From Candidatus Spongiisociaceae bacterium (GTDB taxonomy: Bacteria; Actinomycetota; Acidimicrobiia; Spongiisociales; Spongiisociaceae), in assembly GCA_965219685.1 (NCBI GenBank), contig CBDCOH010000002.1, forward strand, positions 64,001-128,000: DNA of 64,000 nt. The letters are read 5' to 3'. A program made the translations under genes and the position numbers. Of the stretch, positions 10,370-20,499 are shown piece after piece. Numbering within the stretch: position 1 is the stretch's first letter; each line of letters starts with the position of its first letter. Under the pieces are notes generated by a model. It worked only from the letters and a program-made list of their open reading frames with translations. It searched no databases and was not told the origin of the DNA.

Positions 10370-10476
10370 TGCGGGCCGTCGACGACACCTCCTCCGATTC
10401 CCTCTAGCGGTGTCGCCGGGCTCCCGGGAATGGTGGCGGTGAATCGCCAGGGCCACCCGGGTAAAGGCAAGGATTC

Positions 10477-11205
10477 CTAAAGGTCTAGGCCTCTATCACC
10501 TGTTGCACCGCGACCTCTACGTGCCCTTCGGGCTGCGCGTTGGCGGCGGAGCGCGGCCACATCGGCGCGGTCCTGGTCGCGTCCGGCCGCCAACTTGTTG
10601 CGCTCCAGATCTGCATAGCCGATGAAGGGGACCGACAGATCATCCAACCGGCCGACAACTCGCCTCTCCCAGCATGATTCGAACGCGACCCCCGATAGGC
10701 GGGTCAGTATGTCGATCCGGTTCGGGGGATGACCCAACTGGACGATGTCACCCTCAGTAGCAAAGTCCGCTTGTGTGAGCCCTACGGATCCGAAGCCGAA
10801 TTCGTCTAGGACCCGAACCATCCGGGCTGCATTCTCGGGATCGATCCAGATCCATACATCCAGGTCTTTTGTCAAGCGGGGATGGCCGTGGGCGCCGACC
10901 GCGTGTCCTCCGACCACCAGGAAACGCAGTTCGTGACGAACACACAGCGAAAGGAAGTCATACAAGTCCGTGCCCAACGACATCTCACCGTCTCCGGAAG
11001 CGGGTGGCGCGCCGAAGTAGGCCCGTTGTAACTCCCAGATGTGAGCGATTCGCTCGCTTAGCTTCCTTGATAACCAGAAGCCGTCATCGGGATCCGGCTC
11101 TCCCATCCGGAGAATCCTGGCTACCGGCTCGATCCGGCCCCAGCCGACCAGGGTGGTCGCTGGCACCGTGGGCCGACGCGCGGGCCTTTCGGTCATGGGG
11201 AACAC
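10477..11205 (-). CDS. Minimal nucleotidyltransferase (DUF6036-like) with in-frame N-terminal extension
   Basis: VVGGHAV..HG.PRLTKDLD...NK.AAGRDQD..D. The core starts at ATG 10983. Confidence 0.8.
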   Translation of the reverse strand: MFPMTERPARRPTVPATTLVGWGRIEPVARILRMGEPDPDDGFWLSRKLSERIAHIWELQRAYFGAPPASGDGEMSLGTDLYDFLSLCVRHELRFLVVGGHAVGAHGHPRLTKDLDVWIWIDPENAARMVRVLDEFGFGSVGLTQADFATEGDIVQLGHPPNRIDILTRLSGVAFESCWERRVVGRLDDLSVPFIGYADLERNKLAAGRDQDRADVAALRRQRAARRARRGRGATGDRGLDL

Positions 11206-11394
11206 GGTAGCAAGTGGGCGGAGATAGGCTGGCCGATCGCCGCCTCCTCTCGCTTCGGAACGACCCGCGGCGCTCCTCCATGCGCCACGGGAGGCCGGAC
11301 GCTGGGCTCCAACGGCCTACAATCGACTTGAGAACCGGGGCTGAGGCCGGAAACGAAGCAGCTAGCAGGAAGGGCAGCAGGTGAGCACGATCCG

Positions 11395-12297
11395 ATGAGC
11401 GATACAGGCGACATGCGGGTTGGCTTCATCGGCCTGGGCAGGATGGGATATCCCATGGCGTCCAACATCGCGGCGGCCGGGTTCCCCTTGACGGTATGGA
11501 ACCGGACGGTGGCCAAGGCGGCGGCTCTGGCTACCGAGACGGGCGCGACGGTGGCATTGTCGCCGGCGGATCTGGCACGCGGGGTGGACGTCGTGATCAC
11601 CATGGTGGCCGACGGCGAGGTCCTGGCCGACCTCTACATGGGATCCGGTGCGATGTGCGGGTCGCTCGCCGCCGGGACGCTCTGCGTGGATATGAGCACG
11701 GTGAGCCCCGCGGAGTCGCGCCAGGTGGCCGGGGCCGTCGAGGCTGCGGGCGGGAGGTTCGTGGATGCGCCGGTCTCGGGCAGCACCGCCATAGCCACCG
11801 CAGGGACCCTCACCATCATGGCGGGGGGCCGGCCCGGTGACGTGGAGGCCCTGGCCCCGGTATTCGAGGCGATGGGTTCCCGGGTTTACCACATGGGTCC
11901 GGTGGGTTCCGGCGCCACGATCAAGCTGGCGGTCAACTCGATCGTCTACGGCCTCGGGCAGGCGGTCGCCGAGGCGCTGGTGCTGGCCGAGGCGTCCGGC
12001 ATCGGGCGCGAGACCGCGTACGAGGTGTTCGCCAACAGCGCCATCGCCGCTCCCTTCGTCCACTACCGCCGGGAGGCCTTCCTGAAGCCGGGCGAGGTTC
12101 CCGTGGCCTTCCGGATGGTGCTCGCCAGAAAGGATCTCGACCTGGCGCTCGATCTGGCGGAGTCGGCGGGCGCCTCCATGCCCCAGGCGGTCCTCAACCG
12201 TTCCGAGTTGGACGATGCCATCGGCGCCGGGTTCGGCGACCATGACATGTCGGCGGTGGCGGAGCACCTGCGGTCCGCCCTCGCCGAATCCGGCTAG
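11395..12297 (+). CDS. 3-hydroxyisobutyrate dehydrogenase-family oxidoreductase
   Basis: GFIGLGRMG.PMA, VWNRT, DMST, DAPVSG. Confidence 0.9.
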   Translation: MSDTGDMRVGFIGLGRMGYPMASNIAAAGFPLTVWNRTVAKAAALATETGATVALSPADLARGVDVVITMVADGEVLADLYMGSGAMCGSLAAGTLCVDMSTVSPAESRQVAGAVEAAGGRFVDAPVSGSTAIATAGTLTIMAGGRPGDVEALAPVFEAMGSRVYHMGPVGSGATIKLAVNSIVYGLGQAVAEALVLAEASGIGRETAYEVFANSAIAAPFVHYRREAFLKPGEVPVAFRMVLARKDLDLALDLAESAGASMPQAVLNRSELDDAIGAGFGDHDMSAVAEHLRSALAESG

Positions 12298-12431
12298 AAC
12301 GGCGCCGGGCTGACGTGCACCACCTGTTCACGTTAGGATTCCCCAAGCTATCCGCACGATCGCGGCGTCCGGAGCAGGGATGCTGCGTGGTCGGATAGCG
12401 GAGCGGTAGCCGACCGAAGGGAACGGAGAAC

Positions 12432-13484
12432 ATGAGACGTAAGCAGAAGTGGGCCGTACTCGTCGCCCTGATGGCGCTGGCCCTCGTAGCATCGAGTTGC
12501 GCCAGCGAGGATGACGGAAGCACCGAAGGTGGCACGATCGTTGCCTTCATCCCGACCACGACCAACACATACATCGCCGAGTGGGGCCGCGGCGCCCAGG
12601 AGGCGGCGGCCGAACTGGGTTACAACCTGATCATCATCGAGAACAACTTCGACCAGGCCGAACAGGACACCCAGGTACAGCAGCAGCTTGGCGCCGGCGA
12701 CGACGACGTGGTCGCGTACGCCTGGTGGCCGTCGGACAACGAGGCCGGGGTGGCATCCCTGCGGGCCCTGTCGGACACCGGAATCCCGGTCATCCAGACC
12801 AACCAGTTGCCCTTCTCCGGGTCGGAGAACTTTGTGGTCGGCTACGCGGGCGTGAACGACAAGCTCAACGGCGAGGTGGCGGCCAACCTGCTGATCGAAG
12901 CCAGGGACTACATGGTGGCCAACGGCATGGAGCTCCACGGCGCCGGCGGGCATGCAATCGTGATCGGGTTCGTCGCCGGTTACCAGGCCGGCATCGACCG
13001 CTCGGGCGCCGCTCTCCCGATCCTGGCCCGCGCCAGCATCGCCGTGCTCGGCGAGGTGGACGTCGGCTTCGGGCCGGCCGAGGGGTACGACGGCACCAAG
13101 CAGTTGATCGCTGCCCACCGCAACACCGGGATCGACTTGGTCTACGCCCACAACTCGGCCCTGGCCGAAGGCGTCATCCAGGCTCTCGAGGAGGAGGGCT
13201 ACCACCCGGGCGAGGACGTCATGGTGGTGGGCGGGACCTGCCACGGGAACCTCGACCACCTCCTCGACGGCACGGAGTTCGCGACCGGCCTGCAGGCGGC
13301 CCGGCTCGAAGGGGTGTTCAGCATCAACACGCTCCACGAGTACCTGACCAACGGCAGCCTGGAGTTATTCAACAACTTCATCCCCAACCCGCCGGTGCGT
13401 AGCCCGGTCTACACGCCCGGCTCGAACGAGATCGAGAGCGTGATGATCGAGGGTCTCGGGGTCGCCGACCTCTGCGTCTACTAG
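12432..13484 (+). CDS. Sugar-type ABC transporter substrate-binding lipoprotein
   Basis: Signal peptide with lipobox-like ASSC; RbsB-like periplasmic binding features. Confidence 0.85.
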   Translation: MRRKQKWAVLVALMALALVASSCASEDDGSTEGGTIVAFIPTTTNTYIAEWGRGAQEAAAELGYNLIIIENNFDQAEQDTQVQQQLGAGDDDVVAYAWWPSDNEAGVASLRALSDTGIPVIQTNQLPFSGSENFVVGYAGVNDKLNGEVAANLLIEARDYMVANGMELHGAGGHAIVIGFVAGYQAGIDRSGAALPILARASIAVLGEVDVGFGPAEGYDGTKQLIAAHRNTGIDLVYAHNSALAEGVIQALEEEGYHPGEDVMVVGGTCHGNLDHLLDGTEFATGLQAARLEGVFSINTLHEYLTNGSLELFNNFIPNPPVRSPVYTPGSNEIESVMIEGLGVADLCVY

Positions 13485-13650
13485 CGGTCTGTCTGTGAAA
13501 CGACGGCGTGACATGCGCCGGCAGCGGCGTTCCCCGTTGGGTCCGCCGACGGAGACGTACCCGCAGCGGTACGTCGAGGAGGCGGAACGCAGCGAGGGGC
13601 GTCGCCGGCAAGCCGAGCACGCCAAGTCGTTCTACATACAGACAACCTTC
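13481..13650. mobile_element. MITE-like palindromic element
   Basis: Starts CTAGCGGTCTGT like the 3589 element; imperfect inverted end GTCGTTCTACATACAGAC; internal hairpin GACGTACC...GGTACGTC. Confidence 0.5.
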
Positions 13651-13783
13651 CCCAAAGGATGGGACGGCGGCTCACCCGCCGCCGTCCCACCAGCCACGGC
13701 ATCGGGACACCGGTCGGCGGCGACCACCCGTCCGTGTCACCGGACGAGAAAGGCGGGAGTGACGGCATGATCGGCAGCAGGGC

Positions 13784-14254
13784 ATGACAGCCACCAACCT
13801 GTTCCATATAGGCGTGCTGGTATCCGACATGGACGAGGCCACAGCCCGGTTCTCGGAGGTGCTGGGCCTCACCTTCAAGGACCCGGCAGTCGCGCATGTG
13901 GACCGGTTCGAGCAGAAGTCGCGGGTGGAGACCCTCGACCTTCGCATCACCTGGTCCGTGGAGGGTCCGCCCTACCTGGAGTTGCTGGAGTCTCAGGACA
14001 ACGACGGGCTCTACGGCCGCGCCCAGGAGGGCCTGCACCACATCGGACTGTGGGAGCCCGACCCCGAAGCCCTCGTCGAGCGACTCGTGGGGCTGGGACT
14101 CAGGAACGAGGCGACGCAGTACATGCCCGACGACCGGATCCTGGCGACCTACACGGCGCCCGACGAGCTCTACGGTACGCGGCTTGAGTTCATCGAAGCG
14201 GGCCGCCGGCCCGGCATGGAGGCCTGGCTCGCCGGGAAGGAGTGGCTGGACTGA
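13784..14254 (+). CDS. VOC family protein (Glyoxalase_4-like)
   Basis: FHIGVLV.D, YLELLE, GLHHIG. Confidence 0.85.
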   Translation: MTATNLFHIGVLVSDMDEATARFSEVLGLTFKDPAVAHVDRFEQKSRVETLDLRITWSVEGPPYLELLESQDNDGLYGRAQEGLHHIGLWEPDPEALVERLVGLGLRNEATQYMPDDRILATYTAPDELYGTRLEFIEAGRRPGMEAWLAGKEWLD

Positions 14255-14339
14255 GTCCCGCGGCCGGTACGGCGGGTCTCCACCCGTCCGCCGAGGGTCC
14301 GGGCAACACCCGGCCGGCCGCCTGAGCAGGAGACGAGAC

Positions 14340-15242
14340 ATGAACACCAGTTCTGAACCGGTTCCCCGATACGATCTGGCGGCCGGCCACTTCACGATCG
14401 CCGGGTCGCCGGTCGGGGCCGGGTACGGAACCCGGTCGCCCTGGTCGTTCGATACCAGGGTGGGGGCGGCCGCCGCGGCGGGATACAGCTCGATCGGGCT
14501 GGGCGAGGCGGACTACTCCGGCATGCGGGCCGCCGGCGTCACCGACGACGAGTTGCTCGAGGTGCTCGACCGCCATGGGATCTGGGTGTCGGAGATCGAG
14601 TTCCTGTTCGACTGGATGCACGACGACGACGACTCCCGGATACCGGCGGCCATCGCCGAGAACCTCTACCACATGGCGGGGGTTTTCCGCCCCGACCACG
14701 TGAACATGGGAGATGTGCGTTTTCCGCCGGGGCGACCGATGGAGGTGCTGGTGGACCGGTACGGCGCCGTGTGCGACCGGTTGGCGCCTTTCGGGGTCAA
14801 GGCGGCGATAGAGTTCATGCCCTGGACCTCGATCCCGGATCTGGACACGGCATGCGAGATAATCGAACGGGCCGGGCGTGAGAACGCCGGGATCGACCTT
14901 GACACCTGGCACTACTTCCGGGGGCCGTCCGACGCCGAACAGTTGGCCCGGGTCGATCCCGCCCTCATCCTGGCTGTGGCTCTGAACGACGCCGGCCCCC
15001 CACTCGATGACGTGGTGCTGGACACATCCAGGCATCGCCTGCTCCCGGGTGAGGGCATCTTCGATCTGGACGGATTTCTCGGGGCGCTCGCCGAGACCGG
15101 CGCCACCCCGATGATGGGGGTGGAGGTGCTGTCAGACCGCCAGACCGCGATGCACCCCTCCGAAGCGGCGCGGGTCTCGTTCGACGCGGCGAGCGCGGTC
15201 CTGGCCCGGGCGGGTTGGCCGGCAGATTCCGCCCGACCATGA
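14340..15242 (+). CDS. Sugar phosphate isomerase/epimerase (TIM-barrel) family
   Basis: AIEFMPW, DTWH, R.LPGEG.FDL, GVEV; ATG 14340 after AGGAG. Confidence 0.85.
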   Translation: MNTSSEPVPRYDLAAGHFTIAGSPVGAGYGTRSPWSFDTRVGAAAAAGYSSIGLGEADYSGMRAAGVTDDELLEVLDRHGIWVSEIEFLFDWMHDDDDSRIPAAIAENLYHMAGVFRPDHVNMGDVRFPPGRPMEVLVDRYGAVCDRLAPFGVKAAIEFMPWTSIPDLDTACEIIERAGRENAGIDLDTWHYFRGPSDAEQLARVDPALILAVALNDAGPPLDDVVLDTSRHRLLPGEGIFDLDGFLGALAETGATPMMGVEVLSDRQTAMHPSEAARVSFDAASAVLARAGWPADSARP

Positions 15243-16747
15243 CCGACGGCGCCCCTCTCCTCCATTTGCACGCGGTCTCGAAGTCCTTCGGGTCGATCCG
15301 GGCGCTGGACCGGGTCGACTTCGAGGTGCGCTCCGGGGAGGTCATGGCGCTGGTGGGCGAGAATGGGGCCGGCAAGAGCACACTGGTGAAGATCCTGGCG
15401 GGCATGTACACCCCTGACGAGGGGAGGATCACCCTGGCGGGCGAGTTCGTGGAGTTCAGCGGGGCGACCCGCTCCGAGCAGGCGGGGATCGCGGTTGTCC
15501 AGCAGGAACTCTCGCTGGTGCCGACCCTTTCGATCGCCGACAACGTCTTCCTCGGTGACACCCGGCGCGGGTGGAGGGCCGCCCCGCGGGCTCAGGCCCG
15601 GGCCGCGGCGCCGTTCCTGGACCAGGTGGGTCTGGGGGATCTGGACCCGCTCAGCCGGGTCGAGCGGCTGACCGTCGCCGAGCGTCAACTCATCGAAGTG
15701 GCCCGCCTCCTGGCTCGCGATGCGAGGGTCCTCATCTTCGACGAGCCGACCGCAGCCCTTGCCGATCGCGAGATTGAGCGGGTGAAGGCCGTGGTGCGCG
15801 CCCTCCAGTATCAGGGCCGCTCGGTCATCTACGTCACGCACCGGCTGGACGAGGTCTTCGATCTGGCCGACCGGGTCACGGTGTTCCGGGACGGGCGCTC
15901 CAACACTCCTGTGGCCACCGCCGACATCACGCTGGACGACTTGATCTCGATGATGCTGGGGGGAAGCCTGGCCGCGCTGTTCCCGGACCGGGGGGAGTCC
16001 CCTCCCGGGGAGGTGGTTCTCGAGGTGAGGGACCTCCTCACCGACCGGCTCGCCGCCCCGGTGGACCTCGATGTGCGGGCGGGCGAGATCGTGGGGCTGG
16101 CCGGCCAGCTGGGCAGCGGGGCCAGCGACACGCTCAGGGCGATCGCGGGCCACGAGCCGCGGGTGTCCGGGGCCGTGACCGTGGCCGGACGGCCCGTGCC
16201 GTCGGACTCTCCGGCCGCCGCCATCCGCAGCGGGGTCGGCTACAGCTCCTCGGACCGCAAGCGCGACGGGATCTTCCTCCAGAGGCCCGTGGTGGAGAAC
16301 CTGACCTCGCCCAGCCTCGGCCGCGTGTCCACCGCCGGCTGGCTGAGCAGGCGCGCCGAGCGGGCGATGAGCGATCGCATCGCCGAGACCTTCACGATCG
16401 ACCGGGCCCGGCTCGGGTCCCTGGCCGGCGCCCTGAGCGGGGGCAACCAGCAGAAGGTGGCGGTCGGCAAGTGGACCGGGTCGAGGCCACGGGTGCTCCT
16501 GGTCGACGAGCCGACCAGGGGGGTGGACGTCGGCGCCCGGGCGGAGATCTACAGCCACCTGCGGGCCATCGCCTCCGACGGCATGGGCATCGTGTTCGCC
16601 TCGTCGGACACCCAGGAAGTGCTGGGCATTGCCGACACCGTGGTCACCTACTTCCGGGGCGCCCAGGTCAGCGTGCGGGACCGGAAGGACACCGACTCGA
16701 GGTTGCTGACCCGTGAGATCACCCATCCTCAGGAGGCCGCCACATGA
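15239..16747 (+). CDS. Sugar ABC transporter ATP-binding protein (two ABC domains)
   Basis: GENGAGKST, DEPT, LSGGNQQK, DEPTRGVDVGA. Confidence 0.95.
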   Translation: MTDGAPLLHLHAVSKSFGSIRALDRVDFEVRSGEVMALVGENGAGKSTLVKILAGMYTPDEGRITLAGEFVEFSGATRSEQAGIAVVQQELSLVPTLSIADNVFLGDTRRGWRAAPRAQARAAAPFLDQVGLGDLDPLSRVERLTVAERQLIEVARLLARDARVLIFDEPTAALADREIERVKAVVRALQYQGRSVIYVTHRLDEVFDLADRVTVFRDGRSNTPVATADITLDDLISMMLGGSLAALFPDRGESPPGEVVLEVRDLLTDRLAAPVDLDVRAGEIVGLAGQLGSGASDTLRAIAGHEPRVSGAVTVAGRPVPSDSPAAAIRSGVGYSSSDRKRDGIFLQRPVVENLTSPSLGRVSTAGWLSRRAERAMSDRIAETFTIDRARLGSLAGALSGGNQQKVAVGKWTGSRPRVLLVDEPTRGVDVGARAEIYSHLRAIASDGMGIVFASSDTQEVLGIADTVVTYFRGAQVSVRDRKDTDSRLLTREITHPQEAAT

Positions 16748-17721
16748 GCGGGCGCGAGGCCCGAATGCGCGGCGCCGAGGCCCCGGCCCGCTCCGTGATC
16801 GTCCCGCTGGCCGTGGTGGGCGCGCTGCTGGTTCTCGGCGTGGTCGGCTGGCTGACCACCCCCGAGTTCGTCACCTACCGGAACTTCCAGAGCATCGTCC
16901 GGGCGGCCGCCCTCATCGGGATCGTGGCGGTGGCCATGACGCTCATCACGATCGCGGGCAGCTTCTTCTCCCTCTCCGTCTCGCAGACCGCGGCCATGTC
17001 GGCCATCTCCTTCGCGGCCTTCCTGAGCTGGGGGTTCCCGGTATGGGCCGCGCTCCTCGCCGTGATCCTGCTGGCTTCCGCGGTCGGCTTCGTGCAGGGC
17101 GGGGCGGTTGCCCTGGGCGGCAACCCCATCGTCGTGACCCTGGCCGTCGGGGCGGTCATTTTCGGGATGGTGGCCTGGCTCACCGACAACAAGACGGTCC
17201 GGACCGGAACCGACGCCGCCGAGTGGATCGGAACGTCACGGCCGCTGGAGATACCCACCCAGACCTGGGCCTTCATCGTCATCACCGTCGCTACCGGGAT
17301 CGTGCTGACCAGGACGAAGTTCGGGCGGGAGGTGACCCTCGTCGGCGCCAATCGCTCGGCCGCGACCACGGCCGGACTACGGCCGGGGCGGATCGCCGTC
17401 TACGTCTTCCTCGTGTCGTCGCTCGGAGCGGCCCTGGCCGGGATATTCACGGCGGCCCAGTTCAGCCAGGGCCGGCTCGACCACTTCGACGGGGTGGACA
17501 TCGACGCCATCGCGGCCATCCTGGTGGGAGGAGCGGCCATCCAGGGCGGGGAGGGTTCGGCGGTCCGCACCGCGATCGGGGCGGTGTTCATCGCCGCGCT
17601 GCAGAACCTGATGGTCCTGCGGGGGTTCAGCTTCGGGGTCAGGGTGTTCTTCGTGGGTCTGGCCATACTCGTCAGCGTGAGCGCCTTCACCCTCATCCGC
17701 AACCGGAGGCGGCTGGCGTGA
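16744..17721 (+). CDS. ABC transporter permease (RbsC-like)
   Basis: Multi-TM; T.FGR...VG.N..AA..AG; AIAAILVGG. Confidence 0.9.
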   Translation: MSGREARMRGAEAPARSVIVPLAVVGALLVLGVVGWLTTPEFVTYRNFQSIVRAAALIGIVAVAMTLITIAGSFFSLSVSQTAAMSAISFAAFLSWGFPVWAALLAVILLASAVGFVQGGAVALGGNPIVVTLAVGAVIFGMVAWLTDNKTVRTGTDAAEWIGTSRPLEIPTQTWAFIVITVATGIVLTRTKFGREVTLVGANRSAATTAGLRPGRIAVYVFLVSSLGAALAGIFTAAQFSQGRLDHFDGVDIDAIAAILVGGAAIQGGEGSAVRTAIGAVFIAALQNLMVLRGFSFGVRVFFVGLAILVSVSAFTLIRNRRRLA

Positions 17722-18719
17722 GGAGGCTCGCAGCCCGGGTGGAGACCATCGCGTGGGCACGGTTGGCCGTGTTCGTGGGGGTGTTCGCCGTCTTTGCCAT
17801 CGCAGACCGGCGCTTCGCGACACCCAACAACATCTTTACGATCTTCGAGGGTTTCGCCTGGCTGGGCCTCGCCGCCCTCGCGGTCGGATTGACCATCATC
17901 GCCGGCGAGCTCGATCTCTCGGTCGGCTCGGTTGCGGCCGTGGCGGGAATCGTCGCCGTCTCCATCGTCGAGGACATCGGTCTCGTCCCGGCGGTGGTGG
18001 TGACGGCCCTGCTCGGCATGGCCTACGGGGCCGTCCAGGGATACCTCATCCACCGGTTGAAGATCCACTCCCTCGTCTTCACCCTGGGAACCTTGATCGG
18101 ACTTCGGGGCCTGGCCTTCATGATCTCCGGGGAGAACACGGTGGTCATGAAGAATCTCGACATCGCCGACGCGGTGCGCAACCAGTTGTGGATATTCTCC
18201 CCGTTCAGCCTGGTGACAATCGTCGTATTCACCCTCGTGGGCCTGTTCCTCGTGTACACCCGCTACGGCCGCGAGATATTCGCGGTCGGTGGTGGGCGCC
18301 AGGAGGCGGCCGCGGCCGGCGTCCCGCTGGTGCGTCCCCTGGTGCTGACGTTCGCCCTGTCCGGTTCCATGGCGGCGCTCGCCGGGGCGCTCACGTCCAT
18401 CAAGTCGGGAAGCGCCGGTCCGGCCGCCTTCGAGCAGTTGCTGCTTCCGGCGGCCACCGCCGCGCTGATCGGCGGGGTGAGCCTGCTAGGCGGCAAGGGT
18501 TCGGTGATCGGGGTCGCGATCGGGACGTTGACGCTGCGGTTCATCACCAGCGGGCTGAGCCTGGGAGGGGCGCCCTTCTACGTGCTGACCCTGGCCACCG
18601 GGGCGGTCCTGATAGTGGTGGTGGTACTGGAGTTGGTGGTGGAGCGCCCCGTGGTGAGAGCCGCCCTGAGACGGAGGCGAGCCCGCCGCCGCGTCCGGCC
18701 CGGCGCGCAGGCGGGATGA
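17718..18719 (+). CDS. ABC transporter permease (RbsC-like)
   Basis: GELDLSVGS, TRYGREIFAVGG, IGGVSL.GGKGS; GTG 17718 overlaps the previous stop. Confidence 0.9.
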   Translation: MRRLAARVETIAWARLAVFVGVFAVFAIADRRFATPNNIFTIFEGFAWLGLAALAVGLTIIAGELDLSVGSVAAVAGIVAVSIVEDIGLVPAVVVTALLGMAYGAVQGYLIHRLKIHSLVFTLGTLIGLRGLAFMISGENTVVMKNLDIADAVRNQLWIFSPFSLVTIVVFTLVGLFLVYTRYGREIFAVGGGRQEAAAAGVPLVRPLVLTFALSGSMAALAGALTSIKSGSAGPAAFEQLLLPAATAALIGGVSLLGGKGSVIGVAIGTLTLRFITSGLSLGGAPFYVLTLATGAVLIVVVVLELVVERPVVRAALRRRRARRRVRPGAQAG

Positions 18720-19480
18720 TCCACGACCTCGGGATCGCATCGGTCACCGGCCCGGTGCCGGACCGGGTGGTGGTGGACCCACAGGCCTTCGACGATCCCA
18801 GGGTGTCCATCTCGGTCGGCGTCCTGGGAGCGGGTGAGTCGACGGGTACGAGGACTTCGGGTCCGGGAAGGGAAGAGGTCTGGATCGTCCTGGATCCGGC
18901 GGTCGAGGCACTGGGAACCGGCCAGGCGGTGGTCGGCACCGGGCCCGGCGTGCTGGCCGGTTTCTCCGGGTCGGTCCACGGACTCGTCAACCGGGGCGAC
19001 GGCCCGGCACGGTACATCCGGATAGCCATGGGCGACGACCTGGATGGGGAGGCCCGTGAACCCGCCCGGGCGCAAGCCGAGTGGTCCCGCCTCGACCGCA
19101 CGCGGCTGGACGCCACCAATGCCCACGACGGTATGGGCCAGATCCGCTTCCGGCGGGTCTGGGACCAGGACCGGTTCGTCACGGGCTGGGGATTCGTGGA
19201 CCACGCTCTAGTGGGCCCCGGCACTTCCGTCGGCTACCACCGCCACGACACCGTCCAGGAGTGCTACCTGATCCTGGAGGGAACCGGCATCATGAAGGTG
19301 GACGGCGCCGTGTTCGAGGTGGGACCCGGCGCGTGCGTACCCAACCGCCTCGGCGGTTCGCACGGCCTCGTTGCCCATCTCGAAGCTGTCGAGTTCATCA
19401 ACGTAGCCCTGTACACGGAAGGCCGGTTCGACGTCACCGACCTCGGGGATGACCTCTCGGACTGCCTTGGTGAGTGGTGA
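18716..19480 (+). CDS. Cupin-domain protein (tandem cupin)
   Basis: VGYHRH...ECYLILEG.G...HGL; ATG 18716. Confidence 0.85.
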   Translation: MIHDLGIASVTGPVPDRVVVDPQAFDDPRVSISVGVLGAGESTGTRTSGPGREEVWIVLDPAVEALGTGQAVVGTGPGVLAGFSGSVHGLVNRGDGPARYIRIAMGDDLDGEAREPARAQAEWSRLDRTRLDATNAHDGMGQIRFRRVWDQDRFVTGWGFVDHALVGPGTSVGYHRHDTVQECYLILEGTGIMKVDGAVFEVGPGACVPNRLGGSHGLVAHLEAVEFINVALYTEGRFDVTDLGDDLSDCLGEW

Positions 19481-19554
19481 GTGGTGAGTGGTGAGTGGTG
19501 AATGGTGAGTGGTGAATGGTGAATGGTGAATGGTGAGTGGTGAATGGTGAATGG
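19468..19554 (+). repeat. Heptamer tandem repeat (TGGTGAR)12
   Basis: Twelve units of TGGTGAG/TGGTGAA overlapping the cupin stop codon. Confidence 0.95.
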
Positions 19555-19804
19555 CATTACAGTGGATCAGTTGGCATCTCTTTAGTGCTAACCGAGTTCC
19601 ACAGCCCACCGGGGGCCCCGTCGGGTGGGCTGTTCACGTCGGGTGGGATGTTCACCCGGCCGCGGGGGTCGACGCCTGATCCTCTACGCTCCGGGGCCCG
19701 CTAGCCTCGACATAGGAGAGGTCGAACTGCAACCGTCCGACATCCAGAGTCGCCCACCGCGCTTCGGCGCCCGTGGGGAGCTAACACGGGATCCGGCCGC
19801 TCGC

Positions 19805-20471
19805 ATGGCCGGACGCCTCCTTCTGTTGACCGCACTGGCCACGGGCGTCATGGCGGTCGGACGCGTGGCCGCGGAAACGGATGTATCCAGCCTCGTGGAG
19901 TCTCTGGCGGTCATCGCGTCCGACCCGGGCCCTTACACGCTCAGCGGCGCGAGCCGCCTCGTCTCCGGGATCACCCTGTTCGGTGCGGCCTGGTACCTCT
20001 CCAGGGCGTTGATGACGAAGGGGAGCGTCCCCTGCACGGTCGGTGTCCATCGCCTTCGCCCTCTCGGGCGCGTTCACCGCCGCATCGGGAGCACTGGCCA
20101 TCGCCCTGGGAACGATGGCCTCAGACGTTGCACCGCTCGGCGTCGGGTCCCCGATGTACAGGCTGGCGGATACCATCTCCGATCTTCGGGGGATAAGCGG
20201 AGTCATCGGTTTTGCGCTGGCCGGTCTCGCCGTGGTCCTCGCCGTTCCTCTCGCCCGGCGGGCGGGCGGAAGGGTCCGACTCGCCGCTCTCTTCACCGGG
20301 GGCATCGGGGTCGCCATGCAGTTCATCTGGATCGACTCGGCAACCGTGGTCCACCGGGTGGTCGGGGCTGCATTCCTGGTCTGGCTGGTGGCGGTGGGCA
20401 CGTTGCTCGCCACCGGTCGCCTTGGCGAAGTGCTGCCCCGGTCCGGCGACGACGAGCGGATCCTGCCGTGA
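19805..20471 (+). pseudogene. Membrane protein with apparent frameshift near 20020-20045
   Basis: Hydrophobic helices start at ATG 19805 in one frame and continue in another (SIAFALSGAF...). This could be a sequencing error. Confidence 0.6.
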
Positions 20472-20499
20472 TCGAGAATACGGGCATCGGAGTGGCTGG

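Noticed and set aside
5145-17823. Long antisense ORFs (e.g. 5145-7040, 7058-8434, 14912-16726)
   Set aside because: Shadows of well-supported + strand genes in high-GC DNA, with no family motifs.
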